A stretch of 64,000 nucleotides of DNA from Patescibacteria group bacterium (GTDB lineage: Bacteria > Patescibacteriota > Microgenomatia > Levybacterales > UBA12049), in contig DATKGY010000041.1 in assembly GCA_035510535.1 (NCBI GenBank), forward strand, positions 29,493 to 93,492, in the 5' to 3' direction. Shown here in pieces: positions 10,459-19,946 of this stretch. Every line of letters starts with the position of its first letter. Position 1 is the first letter of the stretch. A model generated the notes under the pieces. The model searched no databases. It was given only the letters and a program-made list of their open reading frames with translations, and was not told the origin of the DNA. The translations under genes and the position numbers were made by a program.

Positions 10459-11990
10459 AGATAAGAATTAAAACTCAAAAATCAAAACTCAAAAATCTTC
10501 TCAGGATATATATCTTTAGTCCTATCTCATACGCTTTGCTTGCAATTATTTTGGTAGGTTCCTTTTTAAGATTGCAGGGAGTTTTTACCAATTCATTTGC
10601 TTTTACCTACGACGTTGGCAGAGATATGTTGGCGCTTTCAAATATTGTCCACTTTCATAGAATTCCTCTCATCGGAGCAACAACCGGATTGCCCGGAATC
10701 TTCTATGGTCCATGGTGGTATTATTTCTTGACCCCGTTTTTTATTCTATTTTCGGGAAATCCCCAAGGGATAGCCTTGACGATGTCATCAATAGGCATTT
10801 TGACTATAGCGATTGGTTTTGTCTTGGGAAAAAGATTGGGAGGAAATCTTTTAGGCTTAATTCTTGCCGCAGTAATTAGTGTTTCTTCCGTAATGGTTTC
10901 CTTGTCCGCTCAAATCTGGAACCCGAATATTTCGCCAATGTTTGTCATGCTAGGGTTATTGGTTCTAGAGAAGCTGCATAAAGAAGTTAAAAAAGACAAG
11001 CCAAAATATTATTTGCTACTTGGACTTCTTTTGGCTTTTGTGATTGACCTTGAAATAGTTTTTGGTCTTTTATTGGCGTTGGGGATTATCTTTTCAGTAT
11101 TAATTATTAATAGAAGCAGAATAAGCTTAAAAGATATTGTTTTTTTTGCTTTTGGCGGATTAATTATTCTTGCCCCAAGAATAATTTTTGAATTAAGACA
11201 CCAGTTTTTAATGACAAAGTCCTTCTTAGGATTGCTTGGGAAAACAGGAGTGCATCAGTCCGGTACGCTTTTGAGTCTTCTTGGTAATCGGTTGGGAGCG
11301 CTCTCGGATCAGTTCAATGGAACAATTGGTGCAAGTAATGAATTCGCCGGTTTGATTATCCTGCTGTTTATAATATTTTCTATAGCAGTCTTTTATAAAA
11401 AATCTGCAGAAGAGATAAAGAATTTGATTAAAACTTCCGTAACCGTAATCTTGATTTTTTTATTGGGAACAGTTTTCTTTAGTCATGATATTTGGCCGCA
11501 TTATTTGGTTGGCCTACCGGTTTTTTACCTTTTACTTTTTGCAATTGCCGTTTATTTATTGGCGAAAAATGTTTCGATAAAATTGGCGGTTTTAATAGCG
11601 CTAATAGTATTTCTTGCTAATCTAAATCCTTATTCTCAAATCCAAAATCTTAGTAAACCTTTGTGGGAAGGGGACGCATCCGTTTACCGTAACCAAGTTG
11701 CCGTTATTGATTATGTCTATAAACAAGCCGCCGGAAAGTCTTTTAAGTATGTTGTTTACACGCCGCCGGTCTATGATTACACCTATCAATATCTTTTTAA
11801 CTGGTATGGCCCTAAAAATTATCATTATTCACCGTCAAGTCAATCACATCTGGCATATTTTATTCTTGAGCCGGATTACCAAGATTCCGCAAGGCTAAGC
11901 AATTGGTTAAAACAGAGGGAAGCAGATGGGCTAATAATCAGGTCGCAAGAAGTAAAGGGCGGAATTATTGTCCAGACAAGAATACATTAA
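10455..11990 (+). CDS. GT-C-like polytopic membrane protein, family C paralog 1 (GRD...GP(W/L)YYY motif).
   Basis: 'TYDVGRDMLALSNIVHFHRIPLIGATTGLPGIFYGPWWYYFL'; C-terminal 'YTYQYLFNWYGPKNY'; paralogous to the ORFs at 13306 and 11994. Confidence 0.55.
   Translation: MKIRIKTQKSKLKNLLRIYIFSPISYALLAIILVGSFLRLQGVFTNSFAFTYDVGRDMLALSNIVHFHRIPLIGATTGLPGIFYGPWWYYFLTPFFILFSGNPQGIALTMSSIGILTIAIGFVLGKRLGGNLLGLILAAVISVSSVMVSLSAQIWNPNISPMFVMLGLLVLEKLHKEVKKDKPKYYLLLGLLLAFVIDLEIVFGLLLALGIIFSVLIINRSRISLKDIVFFAFGGLIILAPRIIFELRHQFLMTKSFLGLLGKTGVHQSGTLLSLLGNRLGALSDQFNGTIGASNEFAGLIILLFIIFSIAVFYKKSAEEIKNLIKTSVTVILIFLLGTVFFSHDIWPHYLVGLPVFYLLLFAIAVYLLAKNVSIKLAVLIALIVFLANLNPYSQIQNLSKPLWEGDASVYRNQVAVIDYVYKQAAGKSFKYVVYTPPVYDYTYQYLFNWYGPKNYHYSPSSQSHLAYFILEPDYQDSARLSNWLKQREADGLIIRSQEVKGGIIVQTRIH
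10470..10497. repeat. 14-nt unit (two heptamers, AAAACTC AAAAATC) x2 at the 5' end of the GT-C gene at 10455.
   Basis: aaaactcaaaaatcaaaactcaaaaatc; encodes KTQKSKLKNL. Confidence 0.8.
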
Positions 11991-11993
11991 TTT

Positions 11994-13295
11994 ATGAAAA
12001 GAACGCAAACATATTGGAAATCACTTTTTAGAAAGAAATATTTACTTTTAGTTTTTGGGATTTTCCTATTTGAATTATTTTTAAGAACTTATAATTTAGG
12101 TTTTAAAGATCCTTTCGGATTTGATCAGGTTGATAATGCCTGGGCTGCTAAAAATATTATCATCAATCATTGGTATCCTTTGGTGGGAATGGTGGCAAAG
12201 ACAGACAGCGGAATTTTTATCGGCCCGGCATACTATTATTTCGCCGCCTTTTTCTATTGGATATATAATTTAAATCCCATTGCTTCCGAAGCGATAGCCG
12301 TTGTCAGTGCAGTTTTTACTTTTTGGACAATATTCTATGTAGTTAAGAAACTATTTTGCGTGGAAATAGCAATTATTGCGCTACTTATTAATACTTTCTG
12401 TTTTAATACGATTCTTTTCGACGGGATACAATGGCCGGTACAATTACTTCCCGCGGTCTCTTTAATAATTTTTTATCTACTTTATAGAGTAATCCTAGGT
12501 GATGTCAAAAAATTAATTCCCTTGGCAATTGCGATCGGGGTTGCTTTAAACTTACATTTTACGGCGATATTTTTTCCAATCATTGTAATACTAACTTTAC
12601 CATTATTCCCCCGGACAAAAGAAACGCTCAAGTACATTTTAATTTCTTTTCCTTGTTTTTTTGTTTGGTTGATTCCCAACTTAGCGTCGTTCTTACTGAA
12701 TAAGACTTCTGCCTCAGCCGGTGGAGGATATCTTACAACTTATTTTTTAGGCTTTCATCTTAGAAGAATGCTGCAGTTAACCGGCGACGCCATAATTCAA
12801 TTTGATCCATACTTGCTTTTGGCTAAGATTAAGCCCCTAAAAGTAATTATCTTACCTGTTTTCATGTTGGTTTATTTATTCAAATCATTTAATTCAGCTG
12901 GAAGGAAATTTGTTTATTTGGTTTTATTATGGTTCTTAATCCCATGGCTGGTATTTACAACTTATGGCGGGGAAATAAGTGATTACTATTTTATTATTAG
13001 CCGATTTGTGGCGCTGATAATACTTTCTTACTTCATTTACTTAGTTTGGAACACTAAAAATATACTCGCGAAACTATTTGTCGTTTTATTTTTGATAATT
13101 TATTGTGCGTACGGATTCATTACCTTTCTTCCCTATAAAGACGAAGGCAGTTTATATAAGCATGAACAAGCGGCAAAACAGGTAGTCGACAGCGGAAGAA
13201 GAATAGAATTCCAAGTGGGTGTACCCGAGTCTTATTTATATTATTATTACATGAGGCAAAAGGGGATAGCGGTATATATATCAAAATATAGATAG
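11994..13295 (+). CDS. GT-C-like polytopic membrane protein, divergent member of family C.
   Basis: 'FDQVDNAWAAKNIIINHWYPLVGMVAKTDSGIFIGPAYYYF' aligns with the GRD...GPxYYY loop of the ORFs at 10455 and 13306. Confidence 0.5.
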   Translation: MKRTQTYWKSLFRKKYLLLVFGIFLFELFLRTYNLGFKDPFGFDQVDNAWAAKNIIINHWYPLVGMVAKTDSGIFIGPAYYYFAAFFYWIYNLNPIASEAIAVVSAVFTFWTIFYVVKKLFCVEIAIIALLINTFCFNTILFDGIQWPVQLLPAVSLIIFYLLYRVILGDVKKLIPLAIAIGVALNLHFTAIFFPIIVILTLPLFPRTKETLKYILISFPCFFVWLIPNLASFLLNKTSASAGGGYLTTYFLGFHLRRMLQLTGDAIIQFDPYLLLAKIKPLKVIILPVFMLVYLFKSFNSAGRKFVYLVLLWFLIPWLVFTTYGGEISDYYFIISRFVALIILSYFIYLVWNTKNILAKLFVVLFLIIYCAYGFITFLPYKDEGSLYKHEQAAKQVVDSGRRIEFQVGVPESYLYYYYMRQKGIAVYISKYR

Positions 13296-13305
13296 AATTT
13301 AACAA

Positions 13306-14805
13306 ATGAAAAAATATCTAGTTGCTTTAAACAATTTTAAGTATCGAAACCCATTATGCTTATGTATTCTTTTTGTCATCGGATTTTTGCTGAGAATTTA
13401 TTTGATTGGCCAGAATTTATTTTTCGGACCGGAGCAGGGAAGAGACATGCTGGTGGTTAAAAGTATTGTCATAGATCATAAACTCGTGCTAATCGGCCCA
13501 ACGACTGCAGTTGAAGGCATTTACCACGGTCCCTTATATTATTACCTTTCCACAATCCCCTTCTTTTTTAGCAAAGGTAATCCCCTTTTTATAGCCTTAT
13601 TTTTTATTTTCCTTAACGCTTTATCCGTATTCTTAGTGTATCTGGTCGGGAAAGAATTGTTTTCCAGAAAAATAGGGTTAATCGCGTCTTTATTTTTTAC
13701 ATTTTCTTTCGGCGCGGTGGTAATGGCGAGATGGTTGTCTCATCCTCCGCTAATTATTCCAGTCTGCTGTTTGTTTTTTCTGTTTTTAGCCAAGTTTATA
13801 AAGGGAAATAATAAATATTTAATTCCAACGGCTATTATTTATGGAGTCGCGACGCAAACGGAATTTTCCAACCTGATAATTTTTACTTTCATTACTTTTT
13901 TTGCGGTGGTTGTTTTTAGGAAAAGATTTCTTGAACAAAAAATAATCAGTTTACTTATTGCGCTTGCTTTGGTGATTTTGCTACCTATATTCAATTTTGT
14001 TCTTTTTGATTTAAGACATAACTTTTTAATTACCAGAAGTCTAATAAAATCTCAGGCGCACAGACCGCAATTTGTAGGTTATTTTTTGCATACCCTAACT
14101 GGCTCAATCTGGCAGTTTATGCAAGTTTTTTCCGATGTGGTTAGTCCGTTGCATTTGTTAGTTGCCGCGGTTATTTTTATCGCCGCCTTTTTTGCGCTGA
14201 TTAAATTAAGAGATAAATATAAAACCGGAACGGCATTGATGTTAATCTGGTTGTTTTCTCCTTTTGTCGCCTTTATTCTTCTTCGCTATAACCCTTTGTA
14301 TCATTATTTTACCGCTTCCATTATTGCAATTATCATCTTGATTGTCGTTCTTGTAGATTATCTCTCATCTCTCAAAAGAGGAGTTGGTTTAATTGCGATA
14401 GGCATATTGGTCGCGTTTAATTTATGGTCACTGCATGCTTATTTGCCTAATAATCTCAATGTATTTTTTCAATCCACTCAGCCCGATTTGAAATATAAAG
14501 ACCAGCAAGCAGTTATACAAAGAATATACAAAGAGGCTAACGGGACACCCTTTTATTATCAGGCTTATACCATTCCTTACTGGATGCAGGATGGGTGGCA
14601 ATATCTTTTCTGGTATTACGGTAAACAGTATGGATATCTTCCCAAGCAAACGAATAAGGGTTTGTTGTTTGTTATAATTCAGGATGACCCAAGCACTAAG
14701 CTTTATCAAACCAATTGGCTTAGGGACACGGTTAGCAAATGGGGAATAGAAGAGAATGAATTTAAATACGGGATATTAACCGTAGAGAAAAGATATGTTC
14801 AATAA
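13306..14805 (+). CDS. GT-C-like polytopic membrane protein, family C paralog.
   Basis: 'FGPEQGRDMLVVKSIVIDHKLVLIGPTTAVEGIYHGPLYYYL'; C-terminal 'WQYLFWYYGKQYGY'. Confidence 0.55.
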   Translation: MKKYLVALNNFKYRNPLCLCILFVIGFLLRIYLIGQNLFFGPEQGRDMLVVKSIVIDHKLVLIGPTTAVEGIYHGPLYYYLSTIPFFFSKGNPLFIALFFIFLNALSVFLVYLVGKELFSRKIGLIASLFFTFSFGAVVMARWLSHPPLIIPVCCLFFLFLAKFIKGNNKYLIPTAIIYGVATQTEFSNLIIFTFITFFAVVVFRKRFLEQKIISLLIALALVILLPIFNFVLFDLRHNFLITRSLIKSQAHRPQFVGYFLHTLTGSIWQFMQVFSDVVSPLHLLVAAVIFIAAFFALIKLRDKYKTGTALMLIWLFSPFVAFILLRYNPLYHYFTASIIAIIILIVVLVDYLSSLKRGVGLIAIGILVAFNLWSLHAYLPNNLNVFFQSTQPDLKYKDQQAVIQRIYKEANGTPFYYQAYTIPYWMQDGWQYLFWYYGKQYGYLPKQTNKGLLFVIIQDDPSTKLYQTNWLRDTVSKWGIEENEFKYGILTVEKRYVQ

Positions 14806-16450
14806 TTTTAAGAAAAAAAATAATTTACTTTTTGTCTTAGTCACGGTTTTTTTATTGCTAGTTCCGATTGTTTCCTTAGCGCATAGCGGTTTGCCGATAA
14901 CGCATGACGGACAGGACCATGTCGCAAGAATCGCCAATTTTTATCAAAATCTTTTGGAAGGTAATTTAATTCCCAGATGGGCTGCCAATCTTAACTGGGG
15001 ATACGGCCACCCGATTTTGGAATTTTTATATCCCCTGCCTTCTTATTTCGCTTCTTTCTTTCATCTGGTTGGTTTTTCTTTGGTTGACGCGACAAAAATT
15101 GTTTATGGTTTGGGGATGGTTTTGTCGTTGTCTTTTATGTTTTTATGGCTTAAGCAATTTTTGGGCAAAGAGCCGGCGCTTCTGGGAGCCTTTTTGTACA
15201 CTTATGCCCCTTATAGATTCGTTGATCTTTATGTTAGAGGAGATATCGGCGAAAATTTGGCTTTTGCTTTTGTACCCCTGATTTTATATTTTATTTTCAA
15301 GCTTTATAAAAAGCCTAAGCTAATATATTCATTGCTGGGTGCTTTGTCTTTAGCGCTTTTGATACTCTCGCATAATGCGATTGCTCTTATAACCGTACCG
15401 TTTATTTTATTTTACGCTATATACCTTATTTGGTTGTCCAAATTCAATAAATCATTAATCATTAATCTTTCATCCTTAATCATTTTCGGTTTTGCCCTGT
15501 CGGCCTTTTTCTGGGCGCCGGCATTGTTAGAGGGTAAATACACACTTCGCAATATCGTTACAAAAGGCACGTATGTAAATAGTTTTGTTAGTTTTAAAGC
15601 TTTGATTTACGGGCCATGGAGCTATGGCGGGAGCGGTGAATTTACTGTTCAATTAGGTATTATTCAATGGCTGGGTTTAATTCTGTCCCCGGTTTTGGCT
15701 ATTCTCTTTTGGTTTAAAAAAGATAAAAGATACCTACTTGTTTTAGCATGTCTTCTGTATACTTTGTTAGCGATATTTTTAATGCTACCGATATCAAATT
15801 TTCTTTGGACAAAAATAATGCTTTTGCAAAACTTCCAATTTCCATGGCGTTTTTTGGCTATTACGGTTCTTTCAACCTCAATATTGGCGGCTTTGCTAAT
15901 TTATAAACTTCCCAAGAAGTTACAGCTTGTCACGGTATTAATTTTAATCGCAGTAGTTTTGTTTATAAGTAAAGATTATCTAAAGGCCAAAGATTATTTG
16001 TATAAACCGGCAGGTTTTTATACAGGAATATATAATGGTACAACCGATACCGGTGAAAGTTCACCTATCTGGTCAGTACGGTTCATGGAGCATGCACCAA
16101 AAGCGCATTTGGAGATGCTTGACGGAAAAGCCACTATTAAGGGAATAAAAAGAACTTCTACGGATCATCTCTATACGGTTAATGTCGCAAAGAGGACTTT
16201 ATTTGAAGAAAACACCCTTTATTTCCCGGGCTGGCAGATAAAAGTCAATAACGTTCCGGTTAGCATTGAATTTCAGGACATGCAATATCGGGGAACGATG
16301 TTATTTATCTTAGATAAAGGAAATTATGTCGTCGAAGCAAAATATTCGGAGACAAAATTACGGTTAATTTGCGACTTAGTATCTTTAATCAGTTTAATAT
16401 CTCTGGCCGGATTATTTGGCTTCGGGTTTGTAAAGACAAAGCTTTCTTAG
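14795..16450 (+). CDS. GT-C-like polytopic membrane protein, family B paralog 2.
   Basis: 'LAHSGLPITHDGQDHVARI...RWAANLNWGYG'; C-terminal 'LYFPGWQIKVNN...FQDM'. Confidence 0.6.
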   Translation: MFNNFKKKNNLLFVLVTVFLLLVPIVSLAHSGLPITHDGQDHVARIANFYQNLLEGNLIPRWAANLNWGYGHPILEFLYPLPSYFASFFHLVGFSLVDATKIVYGLGMVLSLSFMFLWLKQFLGKEPALLGAFLYTYAPYRFVDLYVRGDIGENLAFAFVPLILYFIFKLYKKPKLIYSLLGALSLALLILSHNAIALITVPFILFYAIYLIWLSKFNKSLIINLSSLIIFGFALSAFFWAPALLEGKYTLRNIVTKGTYVNSFVSFKALIYGPWSYGGSGEFTVQLGIIQWLGLILSPVLAILFWFKKDKRYLLVLACLLYTLLAIFLMLPISNFLWTKIMLLQNFQFPWRFLAITVLSTSILAALLIYKLPKKLQLVTVLILIAVVLFISKDYLKAKDYLYKPAGFYTGIYNGTTDTGESSPIWSVRFMEHAPKAHLEMLDGKATIKGIKRTSTDHLYTVNVAKRTLFEENTLYFPGWQIKVNNVPVSIEFQDMQYRGTMLFILDKGNYVVEAKYSETKLRLICDLVSLISLISLAGLFGFGFVKTKLS

Positions 16451-16463
16451 TATCATATTATCT

Positions 16464-17327
16464 ATGAAACAAACACTTTCCGTAGTGCTGGCGACTTACA
16501 ATGAAGGTAAAAACTTAGCTGCATGTCTAGATAGCGTTAAAGGGTTAGCGGATGAAATAATAATCGTTGACGGAACTTCTTCGGATAATACCGTTAAGAT
16601 CGCCAAAGGTTACGGCGCGAAAGTTCTAGTCAAAGATAATCCGCAAATGTTTCACATCAATAAGCAAAAAGCTATAGATATGGCAACGGGTGATTGGATC
16701 TTGCAATTGGATGCGGACGAACGGGTTAGCCCCAAACTCACAGCAGAAATAAAAAAATTTATAAATATGAATGATGCTGAGAGAGAAGAATATCAAAAAA
16801 ATATCCCAAACCGCGAACTATTTGAACGTCATCAGAAATTAATAAAAGAAAGGGATGGTCAGGTCGGTAAGTCAAGCGGGCCATATGTGGCCTTTTTTAT
16901 GCCTAGAGCAAATTACTTCTTAGGAAGATTTCTAAAATCGGGAGGAGTATATCCAGATGGAGTTATAAGACTATTTAAAAAAGGTAAAGCTTATTTACCT
17001 TGTAAAGATGTTCATGAGCAATTAGTGGTCGACGGGAGAGTTGGCTGGATGCAAAATGATCTTCTGCATTATGATTCGCCAACATTTAAAAAGTATATTG
17101 CCAGAAACAGGAGGTATACGGCTTTTATTGCAACTCAGTATAAAGATCAAAAGTTATCTAAAGATCCGATAACTTTCATAAAGTACGTTCTTATCTTACC
17201 TATCCATTGGTTTTTGCTGACATTTTTTAGACACAAAGGGTTTAAGGACTCGTGGCAAGGGTTTGTGTTTTCACTTTTCTCCGCTTTACGATTCCCTATT
17301 TCGTATATAATATATCTAACGTTATGA
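16464..17327 (+). CDS. GT2 glycosyltransferase with a C-terminal membrane anchor.
   Basis: 'LSVVLATYNEGKNL...IIVDGTSSDNT', 'QLDADE'; hydrophobic C-terminus. Confidence 0.8.
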   Translation: MKQTLSVVLATYNEGKNLAACLDSVKGLADEIIIVDGTSSDNTVKIAKGYGAKVLVKDNPQMFHINKQKAIDMATGDWILQLDADERVSPKLTAEIKKFINMNDAEREEYQKNIPNRELFERHQKLIKERDGQVGKSSGPYVAFFMPRANYFLGRFLKSGGVYPDGVIRLFKKGKAYLPCKDVHEQLVVDGRVGWMQNDLLHYDSPTFKKYIARNRRYTAFIATQYKDQKLSKDPITFIKYVLILPIHWFLLTFFRHKGFKDSWQGFVFSLFSALRFPISYIIYLTL

Positions 17328-18289
17328 AGATTTTAGTTACAGGCGGCGCGGGATACATCGGAAGCTTCATGATAAAGCGTCTTTTGGAGCAAGGCGACGA
17401 GGTGGTAGTGGCGGATAGTTTGGAGAGAGGACATAAGGAAGTAGTTGATCAAAGGGCTAAGCTAATGGTTGGTAATTTGCTTGATAAATCTTTCGTACAG
17501 GAGGTTTTCAGGGATAGATTTCACGCGGTTATTCACTTTGCGGGATTTATTTCAATGGGTGAGTCAATGGAGAATCCTTATTTATATTTTCAAAATAACG
17601 TCTTTAGCTCTCTTAACATTTTGGAACAAATGTCGCAAACCGGTGCTAATAATTTTATATTTTCTTCATCCGCGGGCGTTTATGGAAACCCCGAACAAAT
17701 TCCCATTCCGGAAAGTAGCGTAACAGCGCCAACCAATCCATATGGAGAGAGTAAATTAATGGTCGAGAAGCTTATGGGTTGGTATGGAAAAACCAAAAAA
17801 CTTAATACCGTCGCGTTAAGATATTTTAATGCTGCCGGCGCCTCATTAGATGGCTTAATGGGAGAAGAGCACCTGCCGGAGAGCCACATCATTCCCAAGA
17901 TCATAGAAGCTTTATTGGAAAACAAACCCTTTAATCTTTTTGGCAACGATTATAAAACTAAGGATGGGACTTGCGTTAGGGATTATATACATGTTTTAGA
18001 TTTGGTGGAGGCGCATATCTTGGCGATTAATAAAATACGCACGATGCCTGGTAATTATGTCTATAACGTCGGAACCGGAGCGGGCTTTTCGAATAAGGAG
18101 ATTATAGGAATGGTAGAAAAAGTCTCTGGACAGAAAGTAAATATTCAAAACTCCCCAAGGCGTCCCGGCGACGCGGATGAATTAATTGCTGACCCAACAA
18201 AAATAAAATCAGAATTGGGTTTTAGTCCAAAGTATTCCGACCGTGAGACAATTATTAAAACCGCATGGCAATGGCACAGTAAAAAATGA
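17324..18289 (+). CDS. galE: UDP-glucose 4-epimerase (GalE-type extended SDR).
   Basis: 'MKILVTGGAGYIGSF', 'YGESKLMVE' (YxxxK), GalE-like length. Real start is the ATG at 17324 (ATGA overlap), not the ORF-track start at 17252. Confidence 0.8.
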   Translation: MKILVTGGAGYIGSFMIKRLLEQGDEVVVADSLERGHKEVVDQRAKLMVGNLLDKSFVQEVFRDRFHAVIHFAGFISMGESMENPYLYFQNNVFSSLNILEQMSQTGANNFIFSSSAGVYGNPEQIPIPESSVTAPTNPYGESKLMVEKLMGWYGKTKKLNTVALRYFNAAGASLDGLMGEEHLPESHIIPKIIEALLENKPFNLFGNDYKTKDGTCVRDYIHVLDLVEAHILAINKIRTMPGNYVYNVGTGAGFSNKEIIGMVEKVSGQKVNIQNSPRRPGDADELIADPTKIKSELGFSPKYSDRETIIKTAWQWHSKK

Positions 18290-18813
18290 TAAGAAAAGTT
18301 AAACTTTTTACCTTCCTTATATCAATTTTGTTCTTGTCTGCTCTGCCTTCTTATGCTTCATCAACATACGTCTTGCCATATCCTTCGACCATGCCGGGAA
18401 GCATTTTTTATAAAATTCATTTGGTTGAAGAAACAGTTTTAAGGTATTGGTATTTCGGCGACTTTGGGCAATTTACTTATAATCTTAAAGAATCTGATAA
18501 ATATCTCGTTGAAGCAAAAACACTTTTTGAATATAATCAATATCTGCTAGGCTACGAAGCTTTAAAAAAGTCAGACGTATATTTCAGCAAGACGCTTCCT
18601 TATCTTTTAAAGGCTCAGAAACAAGGTAAGGACATTTCGGCAAATCGGGATTTACTTTCTCAGGCTGCCTTAAAACATAAAGAGGTTTTATTGACGGTAA
18701 AGCAAGAAGTTCCGCCGGTTTTTAATTGGACTCCGGAAAAATCAGCTTTAACCGTACTTAATCTTAAAGCGGCGATAGACGCCTCAATAGCAATAAGAGA
18801 TAAATACCTATGA
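18286..18813 (+). CDS. Small secreted protein of unknown function. Signal peptide followed by an S/T/P-rich segment.
   Basis: 'MIRKVKLFTFLISILFLSALPSYA|SSTYVLPYPSTMPGS'; no TM beyond the signal peptide. Confidence 0.5.
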   Translation: MIRKVKLFTFLISILFLSALPSYASSTYVLPYPSTMPGSIFYKIHLVEETVLRYWYFGDFGQFTYNLKESDKYLVEAKTLFEYNQYLLGYEALKKSDVYFSKTLPYLLKAQKQGKDISANRDLLSQAALKHKEVLLTVKQEVPPVFNWTPEKSALTVLNLKAAIDASIAIRDKYL

Positions 18814-19946
18814 AAAAAATGTTTCTTGGAGTTTACTCAATCTTTTTAGTTTGCTTAGCTATTTTTTCCTATGCTTTTGTCGACCCCAATCTTTTATTTT
18901 TAAGAAAACTCTATACCGGTTTATATGCGACTAACCGGCCTTTTGTAACTTTGGCTTTCATTTTTTTAGTCCTTATTTTTTTTGGATTTTATACTTTATT
19001 CTTATATTGGTTTAGGCAAAAAGTTTTCGGAAATAACGAGTTTAAGTTTATCTTAATAAGCACCGTAGTTTTTCTATTTTTAGCATATCCGGCGATGGTT
19101 TCATACGATATTTTCAATTACGTCGCTACGGCAAAAGCACTGTTTTTTTATCATGAAAATCCGTACATCATTATGCCGATACAATTCTTGCACGATCCTC
19201 TACTATTGTTTATGCAGGCAGCCAATAAAACCGCGCTATACGGACCTTTTTGGATATTTTTGACCGGAATTCCATATTTGTCGGGATTTGGAAATTTCGC
19301 AGTAACTCTTTTTGCTTTTAAGCTTTTTAATACTATTTTTTATTTGGCGTCAATAGCTCTTCTCTATAAAATGTCGAAAAATATTTACTATCTTTCATTT
19401 TTCGCCTTCAACCCCCTGGTTATTTTTGAAACTTTGGTAAGTAGTCATAACGATATTGTGATGATGTTTTTTGCCATTCTTACAATTTACTTCCTAAAGA
19501 ATAAAAAACTGATATTGTCAATTATTTTAATTATTCTCTCGATATTAATTAAATATTCAACCGTATTTTTGCTCCCCGTTATTTTATACGCAATGTTTTA
19601 TCAATTAAGGAATAAAAAACTAGAGTGGGAGAAAATTTTTCTCTGGTTTTCAATTTCGATGCTTGTGATCTTTCTCTTGTCACAAATACGCGAAGAGATA
19701 TATCCCTGGTACGCGATTTGGTTTTTGATTTTCCTTCCTTTTATTCGAAATAAATTAATTAAATATATTTACTTAAGCTTTTCTTTCGGACTCTTATTTA
19801 GATATGTGCCATTTATGCTATTAGGAACTTATTTTGGTACTACTCCTCTAATCAAAAATTTTATGACTTTTATTCCGGTGGGAGTAACGATTTTATTTCT
19901 AGCTCTTAAAAAATTTATATGGCAAAAATCTTCAAACCGATTTTAA
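18810..19946 (+). CDS. Polytopic membrane protein, possibly a small GT-C/mannosyltransferase-like protein.
   Basis: About 10 hydrophobic helices; sits inside the GT-C array; no soluble catalytic motif recognised. Confidence 0.4.
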   Translation: MKKMFLGVYSIFLVCLAIFSYAFVDPNLLFLRKLYTGLYATNRPFVTLAFIFLVLIFFGFYTLFLYWFRQKVFGNNEFKFILISTVVFLFLAYPAMVSYDIFNYVATAKALFFYHENPYIIMPIQFLHDPLLLFMQAANKTALYGPFWIFLTGIPYLSGFGNFAVTLFAFKLFNTIFYLASIALLYKMSKNIYYLSFFAFNPLVIFETLVSSHNDIVMMFFAILTIYFLKNKKLILSIILIILSILIKYSTVFLLPVILYAMFYQLRNKKLEWEKIFLWFSISMLVIFLLSQIREEIYPWYAIWFLIFLPFIRNKLIKYIYLSFSFGLLFRYVPFMLLGTYFGTTPLIKNFMTFIPVGVTILFLALKKFIWQKSSNRF

